Source: an uncultured Deinococcales bacterium (GTDB lineage: Bacteria > Deinococcota > Deinococci > Deinococcales > JAAFIG01). From it: a stretch of DNA of 15,500 nt. The DNA lies in contig CAXTTL010000112.1 in assembly GCA_964247135.1 (NCBI GenBank), positions 1 through 15,500 on the forward strand. Reading direction: 5' to 3'. The notes under the pieces are model-generated. The model was not told the origin of the DNA. It searched no databases and saw only the letters and a program-made list of their open reading frames with translations. Made by a program: the position numbers and the translations under genes. Positions 14,675 through 15,500 of the stretch are shown here, in pieces (the first letter of the stretch is position 1; every line of letters begins with the position of its first letter).

Positions 14675-15500
14675 TTTAGCTCCTCGAGCATTTCTTGGGC
14701 TTCACGCATCAAGCCCTGAAGGTGCGGGTGACGCGTCAGAGCGGGGCGCAACTCGGCGACATAGCGTTGTCGCGCGTCGGCTTTGAGGCTTCTGAGAAAG
14801 CTCGAGGCGATGAATTGGCGTTGTTCACCGTTTTGAACCCATTTGGTGGCATGTCCAAGTTCATCGGGCGTTTTGATGTGGATGAACAACTGCGTAGAGA
14901 CGGCGTATTGCATCTCGAGTCGGCTCGGGTATTCCGCCAAACTGTTGCCGCGAAGGATGGCAGCGACATCGGGAAGGTCGGCGCAGACGTTGACGTAGGC
15001 TTCAAAGGCATCGCAGGCGGTCTTGCCAACGGCGTGTTCGATTGAAACCCCTGCCGCATAGAGTTTGTTGGCGACAGACCAAGACCTGGGGCTGGGCCAG
15101 GCTGGTTGTTTCTTGTCAAGCACATGAATTAAGGCGGGCATGAAGTTTAGAAAACCGATGATCAGCGGATTCCAACCCGCGCCGATGGCGTAGGCTGTCA
15201 GGCTTTCGCGCTCTGTAGTGACCTCGAAGTGTACGAACCTGTTGGCGAGTGGTGCCGGCATTTCTGCCACGGCGGCGGTGTCCTCTTTGCGGTTGCCTGC
15301 CGCCCAAATGAACCAGCCGTCTGGGACTTCGTAATTGCCGACCTTGCGGTCCAGAATCAATTGCTGGGCGATGCCTTGCGTGGCTGGGGCGGCCATGTTC
15401 ATCTCGTCCAGGAACAAGATGCCTTGACCGCTGCGCGGCAGGAATTCTGGTGGGAACCATTTGCTGATGCCGTCTTCGGGCACGGGTAAACCTCGCAGGT
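14671..15500 (-). CDS. MoxR-family AAA+ ATPase (5'-truncated by the window edge)
   Basis: The frame is open to the edge (LRGLPVP...). Motifs: WFPPEFLP, Walker B ILFLDEMN, QLILDR, sensor-1 AAGNR, Arg finger PLANRF, PSPRSW. Walker A lies outside the window. Confidence 0.9.
   Translation of the reverse strand, partial: LRGLPVPEDGISKWFPPEFLPRSGQGILFLDEMNMAAPATQGIAQQLILDRKVGNYEVPDGWFIWAAGNRKEDTAAVAEMPAPLANRFVHFEVTTERESLTAYAIGAGWNPLIIGFLNFMPALIHVLDKKQPAWPSPRSWSVANKLYAAGVSIEHAVGKTACDAFEAYVNVCADLPDVAAILRGNSLAEYPSRLEMQYAVSTQLFIHIKTPDELGHATKWVQNGEQRQFIASSFLRSLKADARQRYVAELRPALTRHPHLQGLMREAQEMLEELK

Noticed and set aside
1-15500. Definite call of plasmid, ICE or prophage
   Set aside because: No integrase, relaxase, T4SS, rep or virion gene lies within the window.

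Overview
A 15.5-kb stretch in which every credible gene lies on the minus strand, most of them translationally coupled. It looks like the accessory or 'leading' region of a plasmid, ICE or prophage-like element. No integrase, relaxase, phage structural gene, RNA gene or CRISPR array is visible, so the element type is inferred. In transcription order (right to left): a 5'-truncated MoxR-type AAA+ ATPase, two small hypotheticals, a DUF2201-type/VWA protein, five hypotheticals (one a CxxC..CxxC zinc-ribbon/coiled-coil), a 605-aa lipoprotein with a probable papain-like Cys-His-Asp domain, a small lipoprotein broken by one in-frame TGA, three small acidic proteins, an RHH regulator plus 2-TM membrane protein with its own promoter and operator repeats, a small acidic protein, a 1499-aa DarB-like N6-adenine methyltransferase/SNF2 helicase, a hypothetical, and a 3'-truncated ParB-family protein missing from the ORF track. 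The most striking sequence-level signal is the palindrome CTCGAG: about 55 copies by hand count versus about 4 expected, but only one in the 2.4-kb lipoprotein cassette. Several long inverted repeats, terminator-like hairpins just before RBSs and a 16-bp direct repeat are also present.
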